DNA from: Tubiluchus corallicola
Lineage: Eukaryota; Animalia; Priapulida
DNA: 64,000 nucleotides
Reading direction: 5' to 3'
Assembly: GCA_030141605.1 (NCBI GenBank)
Contig: JAQGDQ010000233.1
Span: 1-64,000, forward strand
The notes under the pieces were generated by a model. That model saw only the letters and a program-made list of their open reading frames with translations. It was not told where the DNA came from and made no database searches. The position numbers and the translations under genes were made by a program. Shown here piece after piece: positions 26,731 through 39,641 of the stretch; the first letter of the stretch is position 1, and every line of letters begins with the position of its first letter.

Positions 26731-29700
26731 TGCAAGTGGCTGGCTTCTGGCTTATAGATGACCAGCTAATTAAACTGGAGGGTCAGTTATCCTTGCTGAC
26801 CATGACCGTATTAAATCAAGCGGCCCAGGTCAAAAATCAATTCATTCGCCAAGAAAAGTCACAAAATTTTTCTCATGTGCTTGTAATACAAATAATCAGT
26901 TAAACTTTCACCGTTTTCAAGTTATTATTTATTTAAAAAATCTGTACTTTGAGTTGGATCTTAAACTATCATCCATATTTGACTTTTATACGCTTTGGCC
27001 AACTGCAAACTGGAATCCAACATTCAGTGACTGTGTCTACTTAACAACAGTGTGTCGGAGGTGCCTTAGCCACGTCTGAACGTATATGTACATTGTACAT
27101 GCTCCTTCTGCAAGACAAACAGCCACAATCAGCATAACGAATTAAACTACCCAAAGCAAGTATCGAACCCAAGCAGTAAGAAATCATTTACACATCAATG
27201 TAAATGGCTACTCGTAAATGGCATCTCGTACTCATCAGGGGCTGCATCTTTTACTATTATTTGCTATTATCTTAATGGCATTTGTAAACGTTATTACCTT
27301 AAAGGTGGTGATAGAAAATCTGGACTTTAGTGCCGCATTCGCTTGCAGTTTTGTGCTCATCACCTAACTAACTGACTCACTGACAAAATTACTATGAGAA
27401 ACATAGACTAAACTTTAGGAATTTTACAGTTTCAATGTATTTTTCATGCAACTAACGAAAAAATTCCTTGCAATTTATTCACGTCCATACCTCTAATTTT
27501 TCTCTGATAAAAAACGGTTGTTTCAATCAGCGACAACTAATTATGCTACATGAGCCTGATTAGTTCCCGCCTACTAACATCAATTATGCATGCAGTGAAA
27601 CTGGTAATTACCATTCGAAAAGCAAACCAGAATCTCGACTTAATCAAAGCATAATGTCACAACTTCAAGTGGCATAATGACGCATAAGATGTACATCCAA
27701 GTGGCTTGCATAAAAAAATAGAACCGCCGGCTAAAATTTCCACCCCATTCAAGATTAACTGGGATATTAGAAATTTAATCAGAAGCGCTAACTCAAAAAA
27801 GAGATGCTCAAAATTCATAATGAATACCAAGCTTTAGCTGCAAGTTGATTACCTGCTTATTCTATCGTTTTAAAACGTTTGTAAAAACATACGCCTAATC
27901 TGTTGTTTAGTTTTTTGGACATACAAGACGATAGACGATGATCATAAACCATTAATTGGAACATGCATCACTCTTGCGATTATATTGTAATAAAGTATGA
28001 TAGATTATGACTAATTTTGTATTACGTTATTATTAAACCTACTGAAGAGTTATTAATTAAAAGAACATATTAACCACATATGATAATGCACAAAAGTAAC
28101 AGAACGCGCTTAGAATGAGGCTAGATAACATCATAGGGGAATTTAGAATACCTACGTGCATCAAACTTACGAAGCTATCCCATAAAAATCCTCGGGAAGT
28201 AGTAAAGCTGAAGTCTGCATTACTATATATAACTGAAAAATCAAGTTATGCGAGCAGATAAAAGCTTACAACATTTTATGCGGCACTACATAAGAGCCAT
28301 TTCACTTCTATAAACTCTAAAATGATCCCTTAACAACCTGGTAGACTAATTGGTTTTATTGCTTTCGAAATGATAGACGAAAATAATGTTTTGGCGCGTT
28401 GTAAAGATTTTGAAGTTTTATTAAAAGTCTCGGATGAAAAATTCGGATAAATATTTATTGTTGTTTAAAGCAAATAGCTACTTTCGTTAACAGAAACCTG
28501 GCTCTAGTTTACCGGTGTATTTACAAATTTGCCGGTCGAATTTACCTTACCAAGTGTCTTGTGTTTACTGAAAGCTTGACCTGCCTTGCCTAAGTTAAAA
28601 AGCCTCCATCTATGAGTTGTCTAAAACAATCCAACTGCTAAGTTTTCATTTACAAAGAATGCATTTACAAATTGAATGGGGGTCACAAAAGTATCCGCTG
28701 TCGCTATCAAGTGTTCGGTTTACCAATAATATAGGTGTGTTTATCAAGTAATAGGTTAAAGGTAATTACAAAACAACGTCCAAATGCAGTTACTACATCT
28801 AATATTTACACCCGTTCTTACTCTTAGCATTATTAATCGTAGGTTTCAGAAAGCTCGGAAAATTCTGGAGCTACTAGCAAAGTAGAAAAAACGAAGCTTG
28901 GTTTCTAGTTAGCCTAATAATGAAAGCAGTTGTTGTACTACTGTTATCTTAAGAACTGGAAAATCCCCAAGTTTCCACTTCAGCTTAAACAATGGTAATA
29001 TTTTAGTAGTCTATTGCGCTTGTTCTGGACGAAATGAAGCGAAAGGATGTTGGTCTGACGTTTGATAGTAATTGACGTTACTGGATGTGACAGCGTCTCG
29101 TTCCTGTTAATTTCGAAACAGGTGAGGCTTTCGCATTTAAACGTGCTGAACTAAAGACCACAGTGAATAGCAAAGAGCCACGCCTAGGGTGTTATCACTG
29201 ATATATGCCAAAAAGATCTACAGTTTGTGTAATGTGCAAAATAATTAACTCATAACATTTTGCAGCCATTTTGCTCGTGTCACGCAAAATTTATTTAACA
29301 GAAAAAGAAATAGTTCTACTCTAGATATTTTGGTGATAACCTTTGGTGATCTCTGATCTTGAGTCCCATAAACTTGGACCCTTCTTATATTATTAAGAAA
29401 CGTAAACTGCAGTGCAGCCAAGCCACAATCTCTTGCAATGCAGACAAGGAAAATCGACCAATCGCTAACAATAATCTTAGGTTAAAAGGCCACAATCAGT
29501 TCTCTGTTTAAAATTTGATTTGGAAAGTGCACACCTAAACTTTAACTGAAACCCATTCAAAGAAGAATGATAGTATTGATAAAAGATTAGAGATTGATAA
29601 ATAAGAGATTTAAGATAGTATTGTATCGGGAACTCAACATTTGCAAAAGGGTCAAAGGTGAAACAAACAAAGACCAAAGTAATAAGATTGAAAGCCTAAT

Positions 29701-31699
29701 ACACATAACATACTCTATGCGTTAGTATCCTGCACTTACATTACAGTACAGTGCAAGTACATAACGACTTGATTGCCTTTTTTATATTACACGTCCTAGT
29801 TGCACTAATTGGTGCAGTGTCAGACCCTGCATTTTCTGTCTCTCCCTACAACAACAACAACAATTGCTTTTGATCTCGTAATGTGTATATGCGGTAGGCG
29901 TTATGTAAATACAGGAGAAAATCAATAATGCGCATATGCATATACACAGGGCGACAGCAACCCGGAAGGGCATTCAATCATTTGTAAACTTAGTGCAGGG
30001 CAACATTTCGATTTCGTTACACCTGGCGTGAAGTACAAACATCGACATCACTATCAACAGGTAGTTATGTTTGTCATTCCACACTGCCGTATTTGAACAG
30101 GAACACTAATCAAGAACGGAGGTACGCTGTGTGATGTTAATTATGTTGTGGGGGTTGGGTATGGCTTCTGCAACGCCTGAAAGCCTGGAGTAAATTATGC
30201 AGCGTCGGGTTTCGTCAACAAGGCAAGAGTAAACACCACACTGAATGTAATAAGTGACAATTGAACATACATGTAGCTAATACAAAAGAAAAGTAATGAA
30301 AGGCTTTACAATTATTAGAAGGAAACAGAAATAACACTGTTCTGACCTCCTTGGCTGTCGGTTAGCTGTTGTTAGAAATCAAGTTACAATCATTAACATC
30401 GTCATCATTACGAATGTAACGTGCAGGGGACGTATAACCTGAAATGTAAAATCTGGCAAGTACCATTGTAGTACACTTAAATTGTTAATTATAACCTAAT
30501 ATGTTTCTACGCTTAAAATGTTTTTTCGATATTTTAGTTAACTAATCATCTAGTAAACACTCGGGATTCCACCATGGTTTAGCTAGTGATACCACAACGC
30601 TCAAAGACGTTGACGCCATTTTAATGGGCCCCAGGTCAATCTATGCACAGCAGTCGACACTCGTCGACGTAATTATCATCCTTACCATTACCATCACAGT
30701 CAATGTCGTCGTCATCGTCATCATTGTCATCGTTATTATATACGATCACCATCATTATCATGTCTATGAAAAAATAAAAAATTACTCATACGGTGGCCAA
30801 ATTGCTCTTAGTTCATCTTTAAATAGCTCTTCGTCAATTAACAGATGATTATCTAGCTAAAACAACATGCGTGGGTTTGCAGGTACCAATTCCACAAAAT
30901 TAGCCAAATTAAGCACCAGACTTTTGAAAGGTATTGCTGGTACAGAAAAACATGAAAAATTTTGAGAGGGTGTCTTTTCTAGAAAATTTTCTAGATTATT
31001 TTTTCCTGTTGGGCATTTTAGGACGTTGCGGATCCGGATCACTGACATGCCGAAGATGGGGGCCCGTCGTAATATTAAGGCAAGTAATCTTAAAAATTGC
31101 AGGAAAGACGTTCTAGCCGTGCTGAATGCGGTTTCACTGTGCGAGTGGGCCTATCCGTCCAGAAATGGTATTATTAGTGTTAACCAAGGACAGAAAGACC
31201 GGCCACAGTCGCATGTTTCTCGCGAAACGTTAAAAATTACAAGCTGAATAGTTCTGATAGTTTTGAACATAATTCGACATTGGTAATTCTGTTAAGATTG
31301 GTTTAAACACCTTTGCAATCAGTTTGAGGTAATACACGTTAAAGTCCAAGGATGGAACGTCAGACACCAATTGATAATTACGATGTCGTGCTGCTGGAAT
31401 AATATCCTATTTCTGGGAGTCTTCTTGTGTTGTAGCGTTTGCGGTCCATTGGATTTCATTGCTGGCTTATCAAGTGTAACTTCTAGGCACCGCAGTGCAG
31501 TATAGCAGCTAAGTGAGCACGCATGCATTATTGCTTGCTTGCATGAAGCAGGATCTGGCAGGAGTTAGAGTGATACTTCATTTTAAATTTTTATGTGATT
31601 GCAAGGGTTTCATCGTGTGACTCATCTGCCATAGGTATACATATTGCCGTCAGAGGACCGTCTTCCGTATTTCATTACCTTTTTTATGACATGACTGGA

Positions 31700-32658
31700 G
31701 AAACCTATCTCGAAAAAACTAAAGTCCAGAGGACCCAGCAGCAAACACACACTCGGCTCTGAGTTGCAAAACACATTCTTGTCTACCTTTAAGACTACTT
31801 GCTTGGCTTGTGATTTTTTACGAATACGTATTTGAAAATTTTTCAGCTTCATTTTTATCATTTTGTCATTAAACTTGGAAACTTGTCGAGTGTTTTTCAG
31901 ACATTTTTGTTTGAAAGCTTAATAGGCTTGCTCTCCTATCTTCTTGGCAGTGAGCAGGTGTTTGCCAGCATCTAGATGGCAACTGTTTAAGGTAACAAAG
32001 TGAGCAACAAGTCTTGCCTGAGTAGAATGGATTCACCGCAGGGTTTTTTTAGAAGATCAACTGTAGGCCACGTCAGCTTTATTTCTTCTGATCTTATTTA
32101 TCTTAAGCAGCTGCAAATATGGATGATTAAGTTGAAAACATCACATAATTTCCTTCATTTGCCTCACGCAGTACTGAGATATCAGACAATCGACAAGTAG
32201 AAGACGAAATTCATTTTTTTATTCCTCCTTCTGCAACAAGTTAGGGCAATGTTTTTGTTCAGATATAACAAGCATCAATAGCAATTTCATTAACTTGAAC
32301 GATAATGAAAAGCTGAAATTCGCAGGGGGAAACGATTGCGATATGACCAGAATAGTCGCCCATTACATTTTTTAAAAGGAGTAAATTGTACTAACATGTA
32401 AATATTTATAATATTATTTATTAGTTTTCAGTACTAACATGTAAATATTTATAATATTATTTATTAGTTTTCATGATACGCTACCTGTATCTATACTAAA
32501 ATTATATATATTTGTTATTTGTCATGTGTTTTTTGGCTCTATAGCTACAACGTAATAACTCTGTTTGTACTTTTGTATGTTGTTCTTGTTTGCTTGTATG
32601 TATGTATGTCATTGTAATGTAATGTATATATCAATAATGAATTCTAATTCTAATTCTA
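31700..32658 (+). mobile_element. Decayed LINE 3' end nested inside the inverted-repeat element
   Basis: VEDEIHFF motif at ~32197 (cf. VEDExHFLxxC), T-rich UTR and tail aataatga(attcta)3. Confidence 0.5.
32388..32473 (+). repeat. Perfect 43-bp tandem duplication
   Basis: gtactaacatgtaaatatttataatattatttattagttttca x2. Confidence 0.95.
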
Positions 32659-34529
32659 TCAAGTACGTAGTACTTGGCGACGGTCCTGTGCAGAAGCTTT
32701 ACATTACTCCGGGCCTGGTTGACCGTCTCCTCAATGCTGTGGTCAATATGATCTTGAAAAGGCGATTTGTGCTATTAATTTGGATGGAGAAGCCTTCTTG
32801 CAGCAAGTAAGCTCGAACTTCAAACTTATCAGTGTAGCAGATCTATTTAATTCAGCGAAATGATATTGTATTGCTGAATTAAATAATGGCCGCAATAAAG
32901 ATGTTACAAATTATTGTCATGAATTCATCCGTTCACTTTAATCATCAGGCAGTTGTCACATAGTAGCATAGTAGTACTGTAAAAAGTGGGCGTGCTTTAG
33001 CTTGTCTAAGGCAAAGCACAGAGGATTAGTTTTCGGACATAGGCGACATACAACATCCAGTTTCCTTCTCTAGAAGCCCGAAGGAGGCTCAGCATGATCT
33101 CTGAAAGTTCATGTTACCCCCATCCTTTAGGGGAAAGCTCTAGGGTCAAAGCTGGAAGCTGTAGAAGCTGGCGGTTATCCCCAAGATGGGCTTCTTTATC
33201 TCCAGCCATCCTACGAAGCCTCATTAGAGATTCATAGAGAAACTTATGCGTTTTGTCAACACTGTTGTGCTTCCTGTTTCCTTCACTGACCCTTCCGTCC
33301 AATAAATACGAAAAGCTACTCTTATGAAAAGTCTATCATGTACATATTGATTTACTTATACTGTTCCCTCCAATAATTTAGAGTAGGTAAAGTTTTGTCC
33401 GCGTAAGATGGTTCCGATATCTGGTCTGGCCCAAGACTATTGTAACATGTAACAGAAATAGTGACAGAATTTTACAACCTTTACTTTTAAGTAATTTGAC
33501 ATTCATTACCTAAGAATATTTAAAAAATTTTTACAAAATAGTAATGTTCTGATTCGTGGTCAGCGATGTTAAAAACAAATGACTTGGAATTGCCAGTGTT
33601 GTGTGACAAATATCCAGCTGTGGCCTATCTCAGGAATCAATGGAAGCCTTGAAAGTGGCCCGTTTGAGCAACTAGGTCCTTTCACACAATAAAACCAAAA
33701 GTACATTCGCATTCAGCATAGCGGAAACATCTTTCCTGCAATTTTCGGGATTATTTGCCTTAACATTGTGACGTGCTCCATACTCGGATCTCCAGAAAAA
33801 CCTGATTTTCATTCAGTGTTTTAATCCCCCTTCCCAATAATTTTCAGATTTATATAGCTGATATTAGGGTGTGCCTTACTTTCGCACCCAGAGGACTTGA
33901 AATGGGCTAACCGGCGCATGAATCCATCCGTAGAAAAACAGTAATACCAGATTCGGATCCAGTGCCATTAAATACCCCCTTCCTGTAATGCTCGGGTTTA
34001 CATAGAATATCCTAGAATGGGGCATATCCTGATCAAGGCCTGCAACGCCCTAAAATGCCAGAAATGGTAAAAACAATGGATTTTCCAGAGATGATGCCCT
34101 TCTAAAAATTATCCATGACTTTTATGTTAGAATCAGCTTTCAAAAGTGTGGTACCCAGTTTGGCCTAGTTTTTTGAATTAGCACCTGTATATGGTTGTTG
34201 CGCAGGACAATAGGTTATTTAGTTTATTTAGGAATAAGCTACCTTTACGTCGCCTTACGAGCATGAGAAATGTCACGTCACTCTCGATTCATCGTCATTA
34301 TTATTACTGTCGTCCCATAATTATTGTCATTATTTACCAAGGTTCCAGTATAGGTGAGTAAGGCGGAGAATAATTAGCGCAAACAAGGCTTTCCGAAAAA
34401 AGACTAAGCTAGAATGTACGAACTCTTGTTAGAATATAGAATATACGCATTTGAATTTCAGACTGGATATACCTGCAATAATTTTTGAAATGACCATTTG
34501 CGTAAAAATTATGCGAACACCATTTGTGA

Positions 34530-35005
34530 CTGTATATAACTATTTAACTTAGTCGGCGAGTACTATCTGTGCAAGGTAAATCATTAAGTAAATATAAAAT
34601 ATATCAAAGTGGCGTTCAGTGCCGAAAAACAGTTATGCACACATCATAAGTAGTGCTCACGTGTTGTACAGTTATGCAAACACCACAAGTGTTACTCACT
34701 GGCTCAGATAAACAGCTATGCTCACAACACATTTAACTAAGCGCATAACCACTTTTTTCGGCAGCGAATATCACCTTAATATGTGCTTAACGATTTATCT
34801 TAACCAGTGAGTACTACCAGTGATGACTGCATAACTGTTTAACTTAGTAAGTGAGCACCCTCTGTGAGGGGTGTGTAACTGTTTAACTTAGTGAGTAACA
34901 CCTGTGGTGTGTGCGTCACTGTTTAACTTTACTGGCACCTTCTGTGTTGTGCAGAGCGGTTTATCTTAATCAGTGAGCACTACCTCTGATGTGTGCTCAG
35001 CACTC
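34530..35005. repeat. ~40-bp minisatellite with an internally inverted block
   Basis: Units (gcata)actgtttaacttag..gtgagYac..ctgtg on + (34830-34990); inverted units aacagttatgc..actcac (34628-34725). Confidence 0.8.
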
Positions 35006-36149
35006 TTTACCATTGAAGGACAGATCTGGATAGGGAACACTTTGCTGTTGCTTTTCTGGGCTGGTTTTCCCTAGTATTCCACTCAAGATGTGATTTAAAA
35101 AACGAGTGTTTCCAAACACCGAAATGTCCACACCAAACCAGAAATTCAGTCAAATTTCCAATGATGACATTCAACCATCACCACGTGATAATAACCCTTC
35201 CAGAGACCGTCAAGGTACAAAACAGCCGCAGAATGAGTAATGAAACTAACTGTACGAGCGAAGGAATTTGCTTCATCAAACCAAGACTGATTGGCTCACT
35301 ACGTGCCCAATAATAACAAATAATGAGACGCCTGGGATCTCATTTGCAAATCGCAAAATTGTTAATGGACGGCAAAAACGAATTGAAGCAACACTCTGAA
35401 AAGCGTTGGGAACCGAACTATTTATCACGGCGGCGGCTGCAAAAATAAAACCTCATGCAGGAAAACTGCAAAAACAGTTTCTGTTTAACGTGAATTTCTG
35501 CGGATTTCTGAATGTCCAGGATGAACGAATTTTTTCAAACGTTCTAGGCGTTTCTGATGTCATAAAAATAAATTCCTCTTTCTCATGCTTATTCAAAAGG
35601 GCCCTACACCTCATTGAAGGAAAATAAATAAAAAATAACACAAAATATTCTTTTGTGGCAAAAAACTCACTTTTTTATCTAATTCTGATTATGCCTAATC
35701 CTCTATACCAGTTATTGAGTCAACTGTAGGCTTGTTGCGTGAAACTTTTTTATTTCTCGCAATGCGCCCAAAATATTATTTTGCTCTATTTTGCTTATTT
35801 TGTTTAAATTAATTTTAACTTTTTATTCCATACTTTGCAAGTTCATGGTATGTGATACAGTACTTAGTACAAAATTCCGTAATTAAGAAAATGAGAGAAC
35901 ACGACGTTTAAAACCACTAAATGTGATATAACTTTAGGTAAAAAAATAAAACAGAGAAAAATTGTATAAAATTATTAAATACAGATTTTCGTTTTTTTTA
36001 TATTAACACCAACAAAGATATCACACATAAAAAACGCAATTATGAAGAAAAACAGGACTGTTCATAAACATTACAAGAGAGGCCAAGATGTGACTGTGGC
36101 TAATGATTTTATGGTTCTGTGTATTTTCTTTTTTTTTGATCTTGGACTT

Positions 36150-36690
36150 TTAATTAATGATACCTACTCTTGGCATTAAGAATTAAATCTGCGTTAGGTG
36201 ATCTAGTAAATTTAAGGGTATTAACTTTGTTCGACTGGCAAAGTTTCCATCTTCTGGCCGGTACTTGTATAACAGCGACACCTTTTCTCCCTGAGAAACT
36301 GTTTTGCAGTTTAGCTAGTCTGGTATTAGCAGCTATATTACATTTCCCTTCCTCTTGTCCCAATCTCTCGCTAGAATTTTCCACACAAAAGAAAGATACA
36401 ATCACACAGATTAATAATTCTTTTTATCCGATCGTTCACGGTTAGCTCAATTGATTTTACCAATGTTCTATCATTGAAAGATGATCAATCATTCTACACG
36501 ATCTTTTTCAATTACTCAAATTGTCCTGGTATACTCGCTGCGTCTCCCACAGAGGATAGTCTCATTATAGGCAGTTTCCTCTTCCTCATCCTCTACGCCT
36601 ATGTACTGAAAAAATGCCCTTCTGCATATCTTTGTATTTTTGCGTATATGAATTACTTTGGATAAGTAATGTTTCATTTTTCGTTTTTCT
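36150..36690 (-). mobile_element. Possible decayed LINE ORF1 SGNH-esterase-like fragment
   Basis: ETILCG(D)..RTI (cf. IIGDSxxR) and VAVIQVPARR...NKVN (cf. V..VPPR...N); stops and frameshifts. Confidence 0.25.
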
Positions 36691-37281
36691 TCTATTGTAG
36701 GGACATTATATTGGATGTGTTTAATGAAAAGTGTCACTCACTAAAAGTTTCATTACACTATCCTCTCTACTAAATATTTTCACTCACCAAGACACTAAGC
36801 TAGTCATTAATTTTGTGTCTGATTGTTTCAAGTTATTTTGATTGTTAATCGATCAATTTGAGTATTGTTCTTGTTGGACTAATTCCCTCCTTGTTAAGTT
36901 CTTACCCCGTGTATTTGTAATTGTTAATCAATAAATTTAATCTAATCTTGAACAGCTTCTTAAAACAGTTTGTAATTATAAAATTTCCTTATTTGAAAGT
37001 AAAAATAAAAAATATTGCGCAGATGCTCATACATCAGGAACTTACCTAGGTTTATCTAAGCACGCCCCATTTATTAGCGGGGCAATTAGAAAACAGTAGA
37101 CAATTCTAGATAACAGCTTCTTCTTTCCTTGAGCGTACGACAATAGAAAACTTTTAAAAACTAATTAGAGTATTACCGCAGTGAAATAGTGGTTATGACG
37201 TTAGGCAAAGCGAATCAGTTCCCATCCCCCGTTTCAATGTCTGTTTAACTTTTTATACTACATTAACTTCGTCATCTATAG

Positions 37282-38111
37282 ATCCGTTCCTCAAAAATAT
37301 CAACTTGCTTTCTACTTAGTCCCCATTGGTCGAAGTTGGTAACGTACATGCGAAGAAAACAAACTAAATTGCAAATCCAAACGAATTATATCAGGCTTTC
37401 TGCATGTTTGGCAATTGGCATTTCAATTGTTGTTTGTGAATTTACGTAATTAACCAACTAGCAATTTTATTTGATTTTACGTTATGCTTCCTTTTCCAGT
37501 TTCGCCTCCTTGCATGTAACGTGTTGAATATTACTATTATCTTTATTCTAGATCTTTTCACTACTGAATTCGAAAGCTGCAGGCACGTTATTCTTGCCGT
37601 TCCAATTTTCTAGTTTCAAACTAAGTTGACGTGTTTATGAAATTTTCTTATATAATATAAATTTAACGCTTGGCTACTCAATTTCGACCGAATCTGATTA
37701 TTTTCTTCCGCAGAACGAGCAAACAACAGTCTTCTCATATCTGGATTTATCCTTGAGAAATAAATGGGCTGAAACTGAGATAAACCAAGCCTGTAAACGG
37801 TGTACACAGGTTTATTTTCAGGTGTATTTTACACATGTACGGGAATAATGCGGCGAACGTACATATTGTTGATCCGACGACGATGGGTTTGAAATTTGCA
37901 GGATGCTCTGTACAGAAACTCGACGGTGCCTCAAGCATTTGCATGCATCCGGCCCGTGCGGCAACAGGAACTGACAAAACTTCCGCTTTTACCTACAGAC
38001 GCTGTTAAAAACGAAATACGAAATATTAGCCGAGACAGACGTTGTTGCACTACATGGTTCTGCAATAATCCAGCCAGTCAGCTATCTAATGAGGAAGCCA
38101 TTTACAAATGA
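37282..38111 (+). pseudogene. Candidate small Cys-rich (Ly6/three-finger-like) multi-exon gene or pseudogene, copy A
   Basis: Exon-like 37822-37924 (CILHMYG...FAGCSVQKLD|gtgcct), 74-nt intron with CTGAC branch and ttttacctacag, terminal exon 37999-38111 AVKNEIRNISRDRRCCTTWFCNNPASQLSNEEAIYK*. Confidence 0.4.
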
Positions 38112-38561
38112 ATCGGAAGATGGATGCTAGACTAGAACACTAGGATCAGTTAGAAAATTTAATGCTCATGTATTTTCGTAGCTTTTGGTGTATGCCATTT
38201 TTGACCTTAAAATGAAAGATCGTTCGTCTATCAGTGTTCGCCTTGATGTCGCCCTGACAATTTTCTTCATAATTATATAGCCAGGAAAGTAAACAAAGCT
38301 ACTTCGTTACTGTCACATACGGATGTTTCGCCGCCACACTGGTTTATGGATTAAATTCAAACTGGGACCAATTCAGAAACTAAAAACAGATAATAAATCG
38401 TTAATGTTGGGGCGTTCGTATTGTATTAATTTAACACAATGACTAAGTTGTCTTACGCATTCCATGCAATGCCTAGGTAATATATAAAATATCTTGAAAA
38501 ATTTCAACTGAACACGAACTACGTTCATTTTACCTGATTCCAAAGTCACTTTTTATATAAA

Positions 38562-39641
38562 TCTTAACTATTATAGAGAACGTCTAGGAAATGTGTAAAA
38601 GCCACAAAAAATTATTTCACACTTTCCTCAATATGAATATTGTTATATGAAATGCTTAGGAACTTTATAAAACGTCTAATTTTTCCACATTGCCGGTAAC
38701 ATATATAAGATAAAAAATAAAAAACTACACTAAAGACTACGGTATACTAAAACTTACAAGATACTACTGGGACGCACTGTTAAAAACATAAATAATTTGC
38801 GTACTAAAAGAATGAAGAAAAATTATAACTAGGCATCTTCAATCAGCATGCGTTTATAAGACCTAAAGAAACGAGATATATAAAGTACATTAGAGCGGTT
38901 TCCAGTTTCCTGTAAGTTGAATTTAGCTATCACCGCAATAATATAAGCTATTTTAATCATTAATTAATCGATTTTGAATATTCAAAAATCATTTATGAAT
39001 CTTAATAGATCAATTTTGAATATTCATAATTCATTTCATTTTTAGTTATAATAATTTATAAGGAATTTTTAATATTAGAAAATGAATTATGAATATTCAA
39101 AATTCATTCATTAATATACATAAATGATTTAGTAATAGCAAAAGTAAGCGTTAAGTTCCACTTTGCCGTTCCATGCTCATAAGTTAACAACGATTTACTC
39201 ATTTTAACGTGACTCTGACAAAAGTAGATCTACAATCTGAAGAGTTGCGTGCTAATAGCGAAAATTTAACTCACTGAAACTTGGAAACCGCTCTAATGTA
39301 TTTTACAAATCTTGTTTTTAGTTCTTTTTGGAACCACATGCTTATTGAAGATATCTACTTTTAATTTTTCTTCATACTTTTGGTTTGCATGCTATCTGGA
39401 TGTTTTAATAGTGCATCCCAGGAGTATTATATTACTTTTAGTATATCCTAGTTCTTAGTGTGATTTTTCGTTTTTTGTCTTATACATATATATTATAGGC
39501 AGTGTATAAAAATTAGACATTGTATAAAATTCCTAAGCATTTCATATAACACCTAAGCATTCAGAAAAAGTGTGAAATAATTTTTTTGCTGCGCACTTTC
39601 ACACTTTACCTTTACTTAGACGCTTTCTATAATAGCTAAGG
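38562..39641. mobile_element. ~1.1-kb foldback element with ~380-bp inverted arms and an inner palindrome
   Basis: tgttatatgaaatgcttaggaa (38641) / ttcctaagcatttcatataaca (39530); tacattagagcggtttcca (38886) / tggaaaccgctctaatgta (39282); inner aattttgaatattcataattcattt (39014) / aaatgaattatgaatattcaaaatt (39080). Confidence 0.85.

Larger units (their letters stand above)
30880..34187. mobile_element. ~3.3-kb element bounded by ~400-bp degenerate inverted repeats (CAGGTG/TA end, Tc1/mariner-like), or two opposed MITE copies
   Basis: 30880-31050 matches the reverse complement of 34020-34187; 31050-31230 (ttaaggcaagtaatc..aaaattgcaggaaaga..tgctgaatgcg) matches the reverse complement of 33600-33790; right end ..gcacctg|ta. 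Confidence 0.65.

Noticed and set aside
34530-35005. CRISPR-like repeat/spacer pattern (actgtttaactt recurring every ~40 nt)
   Set aside because: The 'spacers' are similar to one another, the repeats are degenerate, there are no cas genes and the context is eukaryotic: it is a minisatellite.
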